The translations under genes were made by a program, and so were the position numbers. The notes under the pieces are model-generated. The model had not been told where the DNA came from and ran no database searches. It saw only the letters and a list, made by a program, of their open reading frames with translations. A stretch of 64,000 nucleotides of DNA from a virus. Of this stretch, positions 1 to 11,093 are shown one piece after another; the stretch's first letter is position 1, and each line of letters starts with the position of its first letter. The stretch lies in the IMG/VR virus record IMGVR_UViG_3300031746_000002, positions 1 to 64,000 of that record, one strand, 5' to 3'.

Positions 1-720
1 AAAATGCAGCCGATGATACAAGGGCTGTTATTAAAACTGATGGTACAGACAATGCTTTGGTTGTTATACAAAATAATGGTGCAAAGGAAACTAGCGGAAA
101 TCTAGCTGGTTTAGCAACACATCAAACTGATGGTACTCAGAAGACAAAAATTTCTAATGGGACTATAGAAACAACAATAACAACAGTTGATTCTAAAAAT
201 GCATTAGATGTTAACATGGTAGCTGGTGATATTGAAATCGGTGCAGTAGAACTTAAAAATGCAGCCGATGATACAAGGGCTGTTATTAAAACTGATGGTA
301 CAGACAATGCTTTGGTTGTTATACAAAATAATGGTGCTAAAGAGACTAGTGGTAATTTAGCAAATTTAGCAACACATCAGACTGATGGTACACAAAAAAC
401 AAAAATTTCTAATGGGACTATAGAAGCTGTTGTTAAAACTGATGGAACCGATAATGCTTTAGTAGTTATACAAAATAACGGTGCAAAAGAAACCAGTGGT
501 AATTTAGCAAATTTAGCAACACACCAAACCGATGGCACTCAAAAAACAAAAATTTCTAATGGGACTATAGAAGCTACCATTACAACAGTTGATTCTAAAA
601 ATGCTGTTGATGTAAATATGGTAGCGGGCGACATAGAGATAGGAGCAGTAGAAATAAAGAATGCTACTGATGATACAAGGGTAGTTGTTAGAACTGATGG
701 AACAGAAAATGCATTAGTTA
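1..720 (+). repeat. Intragenic modular repeats (255-bp offset for the first pair)
   Basis: About 80 bp starting AAAATGCAGCCGATGATACAAGGGC occurs at 1 and again at ~256. GGTAATTTAGCAAATTTAGCAACACA and ACAAAAATTTCTAATGGGACTATAGAA also recur. Confidence 0.85.
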
Positions 721-1055
721 CAGTTGAAAATACTACATTTACTAAATTAGCTGGATCTGTTGATTTATCAGCTGGCGCTATGGATGTAGTTTCAACATTC
801 GCAAAGAAAAAGAAAATAGTAGGAATTTATATAAATATTAGTACAGCAAAAGCAAGAAACATTACTATATCTATAAAAGATACTACTACTACAAAATATT
901 ATACTGTAGTAACAAAAACAGCAGATTCAGTTCAGAGTGTAATAATTACTGATGAATTTATAACTCCTGCTGATATGGAAGTAAGAATAGAAATTAGTCA
1001 AGCAGTCGCTGAAAATGCAACAGTTAATTATAGAATTGATGTTGTAAACTTATAA
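1..1055 (+). CDS. Repeat-containing virion structural protein, 5'-truncated by the window edge
   Basis: Frame is open from the window start. Repeated modules NAADDTRAVIKTDGTDNALVVIQNNG, KETSGNLANLATHQTDGTQKTKISNG and DIEIGAVE(L/I)KNA. Lies in the late module. Confidence 0.6.
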   Translation, partial: NAADDTRAVIKTDGTDNALVVIQNNGAKETSGNLAGLATHQTDGTQKTKISNGTIETTITTVDSKNALDVNMVAGDIEIGAVELKNAADDTRAVIKTDGTDNALVVIQNNGAKETSGNLANLATHQTDGTQKTKISNGTIEAVVKTDGTDNALVVIQNNGAKETSGNLANLATHQTDGTQKTKISNGTIEATITTVDSKNAVDVNMVAGDIEIGAVEIKNATDDTRVVVRTDGTENALVTVENTTFTKLAGSVDLSAGAMDVVSTFAKKKKIVGIYINISTAKARNITISIKDTTTTKYYTVVTKTADSVQSVIITDEFITPADMEVRIEISQAVAENATVNYRIDVVNL

Positions 1056-1066
1056 GGAGGTAGATA

Positions 1067-3259
1067 ATGCAATACTATGATGGAAAAATTCCAATAGAAA
1101 TACATGAAGCAGATAAATTGAATCCTCATGATACTACTAAATCACAAGTAAATCTTGGGAATGTAACTGACGATGCTCAATTAAAAAGAACTGCAGCTGA
1201 TTTTACTAGTTTTGATCCGAAAGGAACACCAATAGGTGCTGATGTTTTATTAATAGAAGATAGTGAAGATACAAGTAAAAAGAAAAAAATAACAGTAAAT
1301 CAAATAGCTGTTAATTCAATTACTTATGCGCAACATGTTTATGTGGATAAAAATGGAAATGATGGAACAGGAACGGGAACGAATGTTAGTCCATTTTTAA
1401 CAATGGCAAAAGGTTATGCCATAGCAAAAACAATGAGTCCATCTGCAACGAATCCTATTATAGTTCAGATAGGAATAGGAACATTTATTGAAGCAAATAT
1501 AGCAATGGATACTAATTATATTTCAATTAATGGTGCTGGAAAATACCAAACATTTCTACAAACTAGTAGTCTTGGAGGAGCATTTATTTCTCAATCTGGT
1601 ATAGGTGATATTAAAAATTTAACAATTACTAGTGCAAGTAGTTCTGAGCAAGACATATTTAATCAATCAGCAGCTTTAACTCCGCTTAATAGTGTTATAG
1701 AAAATGTTGATATAATTGCTTCTACTCTTTATGTAGATTTTATAGCTGCTCTTTATGGAAAAGCAAAAGATTGTTATTGGACAGGCGGCGGTGATTATGC
1801 TTGTCAAACTTTAAATGCTAGTTCTATATTAGAAAATTGTGAAATTAAAGGTGCATATGATAGAGTTATAGCTCACGCATATGGAACTATTAAAGATTGT
1901 TATTTATACGGTCCTAAACAAATAGTTGAAAATGTTTATGGAACAGCTAGATTTTATAATACTAAAATACATTGTACTAATGAAGATTTTTATCTTGTAA
2001 AGACTATAGCAGATGGAGCAGAATTTTATGATTGTATTTTCCAAAGAGATGCATATGTTGATTTTACAGGAACTTATAAAATGGTTTCTGGTGATTATGG
2101 TTATTTCAGTGATTGTAAATTTATTCAGCCACAAATAACTAATCAAAGTTTACTTTATGTTGGTGTATTAATGATATTAAAAAATTGTCATTTTGAATAT
2201 GACAGTACGCTAAGTGTTGCAGTTATAGCAGGAAATACTTCAACAATAAGAATATCAGGAGTTTCATTTAAGTACGATGATCAAACTAAATGGTTTGATA
2301 CTGCCCCCACATTAACAAAAATATACATAGATAGTTTGTCATCTTTAATAACAGGCAGAATAAAGGACATGACAAATGTAATTACGGTTAGTTCTACAGG
2401 AGGCGCAACATATACAACCTTAGCAGACGCAGTTGCAGCAGTAGTAAATGACACAACATTAATAGTAGTATTTCCTGGAACTTATACAGAACCAAAGATG
2501 ACGATAAGTTCTTATAATATTCGTATCAAAGGAATGGGAGCGTTCACTGGTGGAATAGATAATTATGTAATGGGTGATGTAGTAATACAAAGAATATCGG
2601 GAGATGATTGGTTATTTGAATTAACAGGAGAAAAAGATTTAATACTTGATGACATAGACGTTTATAATAGTGTATCAAGTTTTAAGTGTATAGGAAGAAC
2701 TTCAGGCACTGGATATGTATGGTTAAGACATTGTAGAATAACAGGAGCATGTAGTGCTTATATAAACGCAATAGACACTAAATTTGCCCAGAAATATTAT
2801 ACAACACCTTTTGTTACACTTTTAGGTGGTAGATATGAGTCTTGTAAATTTAATAGAATAGACTTTCCGAGTGGCGCAACAAATTTCACATTGAATAATT
2901 GTTTCGCATATCAAATAAACGCAAATAATTTATCAGAAGATTCCATACTCTTTTTAGAAGGTACAAATTGGGTAGAGACATTTTATGATACAAGCACACA
3001 TTTAACAGTTGACGTTCAGGGAATATTGTACACTAAATATGGTGGAACAATTAAGTTGTGGAAACAGGATAGTGGAGGAACCGTCATATCAAAATTGTAT
3101 GAGAATTTAGATGCCAACAATAAAAAAATACTTAACCTAGTAGCAACTACATGGACAATAGGAACTAGACCATCGACAGGGCCACGATTTGGTTATAACA
3201 CAGATAACGACCAATTTGAATTTATACGTGCAGATGGAATATTAGGCTCACAGTTATAA
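1067..3259 (+). CDS. Tail fibre/spike-like protein with pectin-lyase-like beta-helix domains
   Basis: SD AAGGAGG. N-terminal NPH.TTKSQVNLGNV fibre motif. Two beta-helix caps (VYVDKNGND...PFLT; YTTLADAV...VFPGTYTE). Confidence 0.6.
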   Translation: MQYYDGKIPIEIHEADKLNPHDTTKSQVNLGNVTDDAQLKRTAADFTSFDPKGTPIGADVLLIEDSEDTSKKKKITVNQIAVNSITYAQHVYVDKNGNDGTGTGTNVSPFLTMAKGYAIAKTMSPSATNPIIVQIGIGTFIEANIAMDTNYISINGAGKYQTFLQTSSLGGAFISQSGIGDIKNLTITSASSSEQDIFNQSAALTPLNSVIENVDIIASTLYVDFIAALYGKAKDCYWTGGGDYACQTLNASSILENCEIKGAYDRVIAHAYGTIKDCYLYGPKQIVENVYGTARFYNTKIHCTNEDFYLVKTIADGAEFYDCIFQRDAYVDFTGTYKMVSGDYGYFSDCKFIQPQITNQSLLYVGVLMILKNCHFEYDSTLSVAVIAGNTSTIRISGVSFKYDDQTKWFDTAPTLTKIYIDSLSSLITGRIKDMTNVITVSSTGGATYTTLADAVAAVVNDTTLIVVFPGTYTEPKMTISSYNIRIKGMGAFTGGIDNYVMGDVVIQRISGDDWLFELTGEKDLILDDIDVYNSVSSFKCIGRTSGTGYVWLRHCRITGACSAYINAIDTKFAQKYYTTPFVTLLGGRYESCKFNRIDFPSGATNFTLNNCFAYQINANNLSEDSILFLEGTNWVETFYDTSTHLTVDVQGILYTKYGGTIKLWKQDSGGTVISKLYENLDANNKKILNLVATTWTIGTRPSTGPRFGYNTDNDQFEFIRADGILGSQL

Positions 3260-3269
3260 AGGAGAACAT

Positions 3270-3962
3270 ATGAAAAAAGTATTTTTATTTGGAATTATGG
3301 TAGTGGTATTATTATTATCGGCTACAAAAAGTCAAGCATTTATGAACTGGAAAAATGACCCGTATGGAAATATTACCAGTACAAATACAGTTAAAACACC
3401 TTGGAAGTTTGATAATAAGATAACGTCATTTACTGCGATAAGCGCAACTACTTATTATGGTATGGTTGCTTCTATGATAGGCGCAGGAAGTTTAGGAGCA
3501 AATGTTATTGTATCATCTATGTCAGCAACATTAATGAATACTTTTGCATTAAGAAATTCAACCGGAACATACCACGATAGTTTCAGATCAACATTTTTAA
3601 CTAATACTTATGTTGTAAATATGATGGACCAATGGATTAGTCCAAAAAACACTATATTTTTAACAAGTGGAACATTAACATATTGTTCTGATGGCACTGC
3701 AGCGCATGGAAATGAGAACTACGACATTAAATGTAACAGTGGCGGCCCAACAGGAATATATTATACTATATTTAATTCAACAACACCTATGCAAATAACC
3801 AATGGTGGTAGGTCTGTTTCGTGGGGCCCTGCAAACTACATTCAAACATCCTATCCTTCCGAAGTGTGTTTTAAGTGGGAGTGCACTAAAGCCACTTCAA
3901 CCATAACAGGTGGTAATCCTATAATGATTAGACAAGATTATAAATATAGAAAGAATTGGTAA
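3270..3962 (+). CDS. Hypothetical protein with Sec signal peptide
   Basis: MKK + hydrophobic core + SQA cleavage-like site; SD AAGGAG. Confidence 0.6.
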   Translation: MKKVFLFGIMVVVLLLSATKSQAFMNWKNDPYGNITSTNTVKTPWKFDNKITSFTAISATTYYGMVASMIGAGSLGANVIVSSMSATLMNTFALRNSTGTYHDSFRSTFLTNTYVVNMMDQWISPKNTIFLTSGTLTYCSDGTAAHGNENYDIKCNSGGPTGIYYTIFNSTTPMQITNGGRSVSWGPANYIQTSYPSEVCFKWECTKATSTITGGNPIMIRQDYKYRKNW

Positions 3963-3972
3963 AGGATATTAA

Positions 3973-6645
3973 ATGAAAAAATTAATTCTTATATTATTGT
4001 TGCTTTTAAGCACTAATGTTATGGCAGGTAACTGGCCAGTAACTTTAAGTAACGCCGGGGGTGGTGGCTGGCAATATAGAGTGCCTATAGTAATATTAAA
4101 TTCTGCTACTACTATTAATGATTATCAGATATTTATTACAACTACATCGCTGGGAACAACTTTTAAATCTCGTATTAAAGCACTTTCTGCTGATATTAGA
4201 TTCACGGATAAAAATAATAAAGAATTAAATTACTGGATTGATGAAAGCACTTCAATAATTATAGGTTACTGGGTAAGGATTTCAACATTAACAAATGCAA
4301 TCCCAGAAACAATTTATATGTTTTATGGTAATGCATCTGCAAGCAGCTCAAGTAATGGGAATAATACCTTTAGTTTCTTTGATGATTTTAATGATAATTC
4401 TTTAGACCCAACAAAATGGTTAAAGGTATTAGGTAGTGGAACAGTAGATGTTTATGAACAGAATAATGAACTGGAAATAAAGAACAATGGAGCTAACAGA
4501 GCATACGCAAGGAGTTATTCATCTTTTTCTGCTCCATTTATAGTTGAATTTAAAGCAAAAAAATCCGAAAATATTGAAAGCCAGATTCAATGGGACGGTA
4601 ATATTAGTGGTGGTATTAATGAGATACAGAATGGTTATATTTACAGATGGAATAGTTGGGATGCTCCGACTAAATTGGTATTGCAGAAGGAAGTAGCTGG
4701 GGTTCAAACTGCATTGGGTAACTATACTTTAGCCCTTAATACAAATTGGTATCACTATAAGACATTGGCAAAGACCAATGGTATAGAATGTTATTATAAC
4801 ATGACGCAGATTATAATAACAGCCGACACGACAAGAACAAATGGTTACATAGGATTTTCTGCAAGAGAAACTCCAAGTGCTATTAATGCATTTTATGACA
4901 ATGTTTTTGTTAGAAAATATATATCAGTTGAACCAACTTACGCAGTTAGAGTAGCACAGAGAAGTCCGTTATTGCCAGCATCAACAAATTGTCCTGCTCC
5001 ATCAACGACTAATACAGTTGCATTATGGAGAATGAATGAATCATCAGGGACTACGATAGGTAATTCGGGATTATCCATAGCAAGTTTTCCAGTATTTAGT
5101 AATGCTGGTGGTGGAACATGGAAATATAGAAAAGCATTAACTATAACGAGTTCTGTAGCAACTCAAAATGATTATCAAGTATATATAGACACAGATAAAA
5201 TAAATTCGGCAAGTCTAATAAGTCAAAGTAAATTATTAGCAAATTTTAATGATTTAAGATTTGTAGATGTTAATGAAAAAGAATTAAACTATTGGATAGA
5301 CCCGTCAACAACAAATACAAAGGGGTTCTGGGTGAAGGTGTCAACGGTAATCGCAACGGGAAACACCACGCTTTTTATGTATTATGGCAACAGTTATGCT
5401 ACCAGCACAAGTAGTGGCACTAAAACGTTTCTTTTATTTGATGATTTTTCAAGTGATACTTCTGCCTTATGGACTGTTACGCCTTCCACATGGACATGGG
5501 ACACTGGTCAAGGTATACTCACAGCATCTGTAAAAGGAATTAACAAATCGGGATGGGCAGTGAGAAATGTTGGGCAGTCCGATAACCTGATAATTGAAGC
5601 AAAAATCAAGGTTAATTCAATAGATAATAATGCCAATGTTTTTGGGGGAGTATCATTGACAGCGAAAACTACAACGGGAGTAAACGAAAGATATTTCTTT
5701 ACTGGATTTCGTGGCAATGATAAAGTAAATATATGGCAATTAGATTCACAGATTGCATGGAAAAATAGTGCTATTTTTTCATGGAACACTGGAATATGGT
5801 ATAAAACAAAACTGTTCTGTAGTGGAACAAGTCTCTATAGCAAAATATGGCTTTCAACGGATAATGAACCTGCTGGATGGGCAATTACTTCTCCAATAGC
5901 TCCACGTTCTGACACCTATGCTGGATTGGTATGTGAACCGTATGATACTACTTCATATTCCATAAATTGTTCTTTTGACGACGTAAGAGTACGTAAAGGC
6001 GTTTCTACTGAGCCAACTGTAGCTGTTTCTATTACCGAAGAATCACCAAGAATAATGAATTTATTTGGAATGAATGGTAGTTATTTAGCTTCTGGTAAAT
6101 TTGGAAATCGTTTAAGTTTAAATGGAGCAACACAACGAGGAACAGTCCCAGATTTTTATATTAGTACATTTACAATTACAGGATGGGTATATCTATCAAC
6201 TCATAATGCATTTGGTAAAATATTGAGTAAACCTTATAATGCGACAGAATGGACTTCGCCCTATACAGAATGGCATTTCGGTTTCTGGAATGTGACAGAC
6301 CAACTTTATTATGGAATGGCAAACAATGGTGGTAGTACTGTTTCATATCTTACAACACAGGATAGTATACCACGAAGTGTTTGGACATTTGTTGCAGTGA
6401 GGCATAGAACTGCTGATACGGATATATTTATTAATGGTGAAAAATGTTCATATAGCCCTATTTACCCCAGTATAGTTGGTTCTGTAATTAATAGAGCGAC
6501 TTCTTTAGTTTTTGGAAGAAATCATTATAGTGTAGCGGTTACAACAGGATGCGTTGGTGGTTTGTTTGACGATTGGAGAATTTGTAATGAGTATATACCA
6601 GATGAAAAAATTAAAGGGTTGTATATATTGAAGCCAAAGGAATAA
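3973..6645 (+). CDS. Signal-peptide protein with two DUF2341-like domains and a LamG/ConA-like C-terminus
   Basis: W(Q/K)YR...D(I/L)RF.D...ELNYWID...MFYGN/MYYGN occurs twice. ALWRMNE, FTITGWV, WTFVAV and GLFDDWRI are LamG-type motifs. Confidence 0.75.
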   Translation: MKKLILILLLLLSTNVMAGNWPVTLSNAGGGGWQYRVPIVILNSATTINDYQIFITTTSLGTTFKSRIKALSADIRFTDKNNKELNYWIDESTSIIIGYWVRISTLTNAIPETIYMFYGNASASSSSNGNNTFSFFDDFNDNSLDPTKWLKVLGSGTVDVYEQNNELEIKNNGANRAYARSYSSFSAPFIVEFKAKKSENIESQIQWDGNISGGINEIQNGYIYRWNSWDAPTKLVLQKEVAGVQTALGNYTLALNTNWYHYKTLAKTNGIECYYNMTQIIITADTTRTNGYIGFSARETPSAINAFYDNVFVRKYISVEPTYAVRVAQRSPLLPASTNCPAPSTTNTVALWRMNESSGTTIGNSGLSIASFPVFSNAGGGTWKYRKALTITSSVATQNDYQVYIDTDKINSASLISQSKLLANFNDLRFVDVNEKELNYWIDPSTTNTKGFWVKVSTVIATGNTTLFMYYGNSYATSTSSGTKTFLLFDDFSSDTSALWTVTPSTWTWDTGQGILTASVKGINKSGWAVRNVGQSDNLIIEAKIKVNSIDNNANVFGGVSLTAKTTTGVNERYFFTGFRGNDKVNIWQLDSQIAWKNSAIFSWNTGIWYKTKLFCSGTSLYSKIWLSTDNEPAGWAITSPIAPRSDTYAGLVCEPYDTTSYSINCSFDDVRVRKGVSTEPTVAVSITEESPRIMNLFGMNGSYLASGKFGNRLSLNGATQRGTVPDFYISTFTITGWVYLSTHNAFGKILSKPYNATEWTSPYTEWHFGFWNVTDQLYYGMANNGGSTVSYLTTQDSIPRSVWTFVAVRHRTADTDIFINGEKCSYSPIYPSIVGSVINRATSLVFGRNHYSVAVTTGCVGGLFDDWRICNEYIPDEKIKGLYILKPKE

Positions 6646-6647
6646 AG

Positions 6648-7202
6648 ATGAAAAAAATAATAATATTTTTGATGTTATCATTTATGACTTTAAGTGTGTT
6701 TGCAGATTATCCGGAGGTAGAAGTCCTTACTCCCGAGCAAATAGAACAGGATAGGTTGGCCATATTACAAGCTGCTGAAGAAGTACAAATACAAATAGAT
6801 GAAGCTCGTATTAAATACAATGAATTATACCAGGAGGCAATTAGTAATTTAAGCAATCAAGATTTAGGAAATAGTTATGCCGTAACTGAATCAATGATTT
6901 TTGCAGAAATGACGAGGTTATCAGAAATACCAGAAGTTATAATAGATACTACACCTATAAATAATAACGACGATAATGTTCCAGTTTCATCGGGAGTAAT
7001 AACAAGTACAGGAAATCCTTCCAACGAAGGAGGATTTGCTTTGCCAGGATTACTAGCTATTATAGTTGCAATTCCAAGTTTATTTTTATTGTTTAATAAA
7101 TTATTTGGATTATCAACAATTTTGTCTATAATATTAACAATAGTAATTATTGTTGTAGTTGTAATAATTATTTTAGTTATAAAGAAGAGGATTAAAAAAT
7201 GA
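6648..7202 (+). CDS. Signal-peptide protein with acidic ectodomain and C-terminal membrane anchor
   Basis: MKKIII...VFA leader, two hydrophobic C-terminal segments and a KKRIKK tail. Confidence 0.65.
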   Translation: MKKIIIFLMLSFMTLSVFADYPEVEVLTPEQIEQDRLAILQAAEEVQIQIDEARIKYNELYQEAISNLSNQDLGNSYAVTESMIFAEMTRLSEIPEVIIDTTPINNNDDNVPVSSGVITSTGNPSNEGGFALPGLLAIIVAIPSLFLLFNKLFGLSTILSIILTIVIIVVVVIIILVIKKRIKK

Positions 7203-7498
7203 AAGGCGGAATAGTCATGGCGCTTAAAACTCCAATCAATGGAACAACAGGTTTATTAATTAAAATAACAGGAATATTTTTAACTATAGGAGCAATAATT
7301 TTAGGAGCAGGAAGAGTTTTAAATCAAGCATCTATTAATACACAAGATATAGCAAGTTTTAAATTAAAAATACCAGATATAGAAAAAAGAGTTATTATAA
7401 TGGAAACATTGATACCAGAAATTAAGAATCAAAATGAACGTATAGAATATAAAGTAGACTTATTGTTAATGAAAAATCAAATAATATTTAAGAGGTAA
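7199..7498 (+). CDS. Small membrane + coiled-coil protein (holin-like)
   Basis: One TM segment followed by a heptad region; this architecture is common in phage holin-like genes. Confidence 0.4.
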   Translation: MKGGIVMALKTPINGTTGLLIKITGIFLTIGAIILGAGRVLNQASINTQDIASFKLKIPDIEKRVIIMETLIPEIKNQNERIEYKVDLLLMKNQIIFKR

Positions 7499-7499
7499 T

Positions 7500-8435
7500 A
7501 TGAGAGTAGAGAATATCATTGTTTCAGTATTATTAGATGATCCACAAAAGAAAATGCGAATTACATGGAATGCATTTTCTGGTGCTACTTCATATAAAAT
7601 TTACGCATCATTGGCTCCTTATAATAATACAAATATGATTGCTCAAAATATTCTTACTACTTATTATGAAACAACGCCTCCATTGATTGATGGAGTTTAT
7701 TTTTATTTTTGGGTAACAGCAATGTATGGAATTATTCCAGCAGAAACAGATAAGAATTTTTTGGGAGTAACTAATTTTCCATATGATGCATTTGAAGCAA
7801 GCGGTACTACTCTTTCTTCAGTAGGACAGGACTATACACAAGACTCTACATTAAAAGAATATTTTGATGAAATCTTAGAAAGAGAATTAGCAGAGTTAGA
7901 AACATTTGCAGAAAAAGCATATTTATATAAAAGACGATGGGTTGGAATTCCTTGTCAACATAAAGCAGCTTCTGGTGGAGAAACAACAACTCCTGGTGGT
8001 GGAATGTTTGATCCAGACCCAACAGCAGACCCACCACTTCAGCCAATAAACAGATGTCTTGATTGTTTTGGAACTAGCGTTTATGGAGGGTATTATCCCA
8101 AAGCAGAAATGCTTGTAAGACGAAAAGGAATACCATCACGAAGATATAAATTTGATGAAAGAGGAATTGTAGCAGATCATGATTTTGATGGTTGGACAAT
8201 TTATCATCCAATATTAACTGAAGGTGATATTATTGTAACAAGAGCTTTGGGAGAACGATACAGAATTACAGACCCCAAAACTTCAACTTGGAGAGGTTTA
8301 CCGCTTCATCAAGAATTTAAACTAATAAGGCTTACTCAAAGAGATATAGAATATTATATTAGTGATGCTAAAATAGCAGATGGTATAGCACATTCGATAG
8401 GTAAGCCAACGTTGAACTGGATGCTCTGGACGTAA
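7500..8435 (+). CDS. Putative neck/head-tail adaptor with FN3-like N-terminus and Zn-binding motif
   Basis: ITWNAFSGATSYKIY...YFWVTA (FN3-like); C-x-H and CLDCFGT...GGY; position upstream of the sheath. Confidence 0.5.
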   Translation: MRVENIIVSVLLDDPQKKMRITWNAFSGATSYKIYASLAPYNNTNMIAQNILTTYYETTPPLIDGVYFYFWVTAMYGIIPAETDKNFLGVTNFPYDAFEASGTTLSSVGQDYTQDSTLKEYFDEILERELAELETFAEKAYLYKRRWVGIPCQHKAASGGETTTPGGGMFDPDPTADPPLQPINRCLDCFGTSVYGGYYPKAEMLVRRKGIPSRRYKFDERGIVADHDFDGWTIYHPILTEGDIIVTRALGERYRITDPKTSTWRGLPLHQEFKLIRLTQRDIEYYISDAKIADGIAHSIGKPTLNWMLWT

Positions 8436-8484
8436 TATATTAAGTGGGTTAACTAATAATATTATTATATAATAGGAAGGTCAA

Positions 8485-9282
8485 ATGGCAGACATATTAA
8501 ACACTTCATTTACTAATGATACAAAGATAGCATTCGTTGCTACTTTACGAGCAATTTTTGGATCTGCATATTTACCAGAATACAAATATGATACTGATCC
8601 AAGAGTAGCAAAAATTTTAATTCAAAAAGAATATCCACAAGTTATAGAAGAGAAACCAGCTATTTTAGTTTCATCTTCTAGCAGTGAATCAAATATAGAA
8701 TTTCATAATGAAGAAGAAATAGAAGATATAGAAACATTATCAAACACAAAAGTAGCAACAAACAATCCTGAAAGAGGAGCTGCTGTAGTAATTAATTTAG
8801 CAGTCACTACAGGATTTGTAGTAGGAGATGCAGTAATAATAGAAACATTAGATACAAAAGAACAAGCATTGATTACTGAAATTGTGCCTAATACTTCTAT
8901 TACAGTTGATTTGTTACAAAACAATTATACAACACCAAGTGTTTCAAAACTAGTTTATGTTATAAAGCATGAAGGTGGGCAAACAATAGATATCGCTATT
9001 AAAGTTTTAGGATTATCAGATATTGATAGAGATAGGATATCAGATTTTGTAGCATTTTCATTAAGGTTTTTATTTCGTTATAGCAATGCACTTGTTACAA
9101 AAGGCATTGCTTATAATAAAATCAGACTAAGTGCTGATAGTGCAGAGGACATAAACGGAAAATTATTTTATTCAAAAATTATCACAATTCCTTGTTATTC
9201 AGAATATACAGCAGACACAGAAGTACCAAGCGCATTAATAAATTTAATTAGTAAGATTACTGTTGAAAAGACTATAATCTAA
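8485..9282 (+). CDS. Putative tail completion/terminator protein
   Basis: Position between neck and sheath; ORF with SD. Confidence 0.4.
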   Translation: MADILNTSFTNDTKIAFVATLRAIFGSAYLPEYKYDTDPRVAKILIQKEYPQVIEEKPAILVSSSSSESNIEFHNEEEIEDIETLSNTKVATNNPERGAAVVINLAVTTGFVVGDAVIIETLDTKEQALITEIVPNTSITVDLLQNNYTTPSVSKLVYVIKHEGGQTIDIAIKVLGLSDIDRDRISDFVAFSLRFLFRYSNALVTKGIAYNKIRLSADSAEDINGKLFYSKIITIPCYSEYTADTEVPSALINLISKITVEKTII

Positions 9283-9294
9283 AGGAGGATAACA

Positions 9295-11010
9295 ATGCCA
9301 ACTTTTTCACCTAATTATCAAAAACCAGGAACATATGTCAAGATCAAAAGGCCGCAGCTACCAATAATACCCGCAAGTATATTTATACCCGCAGTAATTG
9401 GAATTGGAAGGCTTGATAAAGATTTAACGAGCGATGCTATTGTTAAAGGTTCAGCAAATGACAAAGCATTGATAATGGCAGGCATTGATGATATTACTTC
9501 AATAACTCAAGTCATAGATGAAAGCGGAAATATATACCGTGAAACTACCGATTATTTGCTTATCGACGACACACTTGTGCCAGATGCAAAAAAAGAAACT
9601 ATTGATTGGAGTCCAGTTATTGCAGCTACTAAAACTGGAATAAAAGTAGAAACTTTTGATGTCAGTGGGTTGACATTCAAAATGGCTATTGATGGTGGAA
9701 TTATGAAAACTCATACATTTGCTACACCATTTATTACTAAGACAGCTGCACAAATTGCTACAGACTTATTAAATACATTTACTACAGGTTGCACCATTGT
9801 TGAAGCTAGCGGTGGTGATGCTGGTAAAGTTAAAATCTCAACTATTTTAACAAATGGAGGAATAATTGAAATCGGTGATGGTACTGCAAATGCAATACTT
9901 GGTTTCAGTGTAGAAAAAATATATGGTTCAACAGAACCTGTAACTGGACAGAAATATTATGTAACTTTTGTAGCGCCAAAAAATGCTGATGATTATGAAC
10001 CAGCACTTTTTGCAGACCAGAATTTAATAGAAGATATTTATGGTGATAGCAATACTCTTTCTGGTGGTAATCCAACACATACTCTATCACTTGGTTCTAA
10101 AATCATGAAAGAGAACGGATCTGGTTTTGTATGGTGTTGTCAGGCAGATGTAAGTAATGGCGTTATAAGTGGGTTTGAAGCTGCTCTTGATAGGTTACGA
10201 ATAGTAACACCTTGGGTAATAGTTCCAATGTTACCAATATCTGACAGTTCATATCTTGAATTGATAGCATATTCAAAGGCTCACATTGTTGCAACAAGTA
10301 ATGAAATTGAAAATAAATATAGAACAATAATACTTGGAGGACAAAAGGATCTAGATGATAAAACTGATAAGAGTAGCAGTATCAGTTCATATTTAGATAT
10401 TTTTGCTGCATTAACTAGTGCAAGGATTCCATATATTGTTTCTTCTAAATGTCAAAGATTAGTTGGTGATACATTGATAGACCTTGATGGTTGCTATCTA
10501 GCAGCAGCAGTTGCTGGAGTTGCAACAAATCCTAACTATGATGCTGGTGAACCATTATCAGGTAAATCGATAGTTGGTTTTACAGATGTAAGTAGCAGCA
10601 TTTATTTAAATTCAGAATTAAATTATCTTGCTCAATATGGTGGAATGATAATTGAAAAAGATGGAATCAGTTTTACCATTCGACATGCACTAACTACAGA
10701 TACAACAAATGCTGGTACGCAAGAATTTAAGGTTACAAAAATTCAAGACTATGTAGCTGATACAGTTAGGACTGCATTAAATAAAGCATTTGTTAATACA
10801 AGAAATACTGGCGGTCCAACATATGCATCGATGAAAACTATGATAGAAATGTTGTTAGGTTCTATGATGCCTCATATCATTGTTGATAAACAAAACATCG
10901 ATGCGAAACAAAATTCAATAGAACCTAGACAAATTGATGTAAGATTTGGGATTAAACCTACATGGGACACAAATTGGATATATGTAGAGTTTGGAGTAAT
11001 TATGGGGTAA
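9295..11010 (+). CDS. Tail sheath protein
   Basis: N-terminal Y.KPGTYV; YLAAAVAG; IRHALTTD; C-terminal IDVRFGIKP...NWIYVEF. Confidence 0.9.
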   Translation: MPTFSPNYQKPGTYVKIKRPQLPIIPASIFIPAVIGIGRLDKDLTSDAIVKGSANDKALIMAGIDDITSITQVIDESGNIYRETTDYLLIDDTLVPDAKKETIDWSPVIAATKTGIKVETFDVSGLTFKMAIDGGIMKTHTFATPFITKTAAQIATDLLNTFTTGCTIVEASGGDAGKVKISTILTNGGIIEIGDGTANAILGFSVEKIYGSTEPVTGQKYYVTFVAPKNADDYEPALFADQNLIEDIYGDSNTLSGGNPTHTLSLGSKIMKENGSGFVWCCQADVSNGVISGFEAALDRLRIVTPWVIVPMLPISDSSYLELIAYSKAHIVATSNEIENKYRTIILGGQKDLDDKTDKSSSISSYLDIFAALTSARIPYIVSSKCQRLVGDTLIDLDGCYLAAAVAGVATNPNYDAGEPLSGKSIVGFTDVSSSIYLNSELNYLAQYGGMIIEKDGISFTIRHALTTDTTNAGTQEFKVTKIQDYVADTVRTALNKAFVNTRNTGGPTYASMKTMIEMLLGSMMPHIIVDKQNIDAKQNSIEPRQIDVRFGIKPTWDTNWIYVEFGVIMG

Positions 11011-11093
11011 GGTATATTCTTATAATAAAATAAATATAATCAAACTAGAGCATTCTAGAGTATTACAGAATACATCTTAAAGGAGGAATTACA

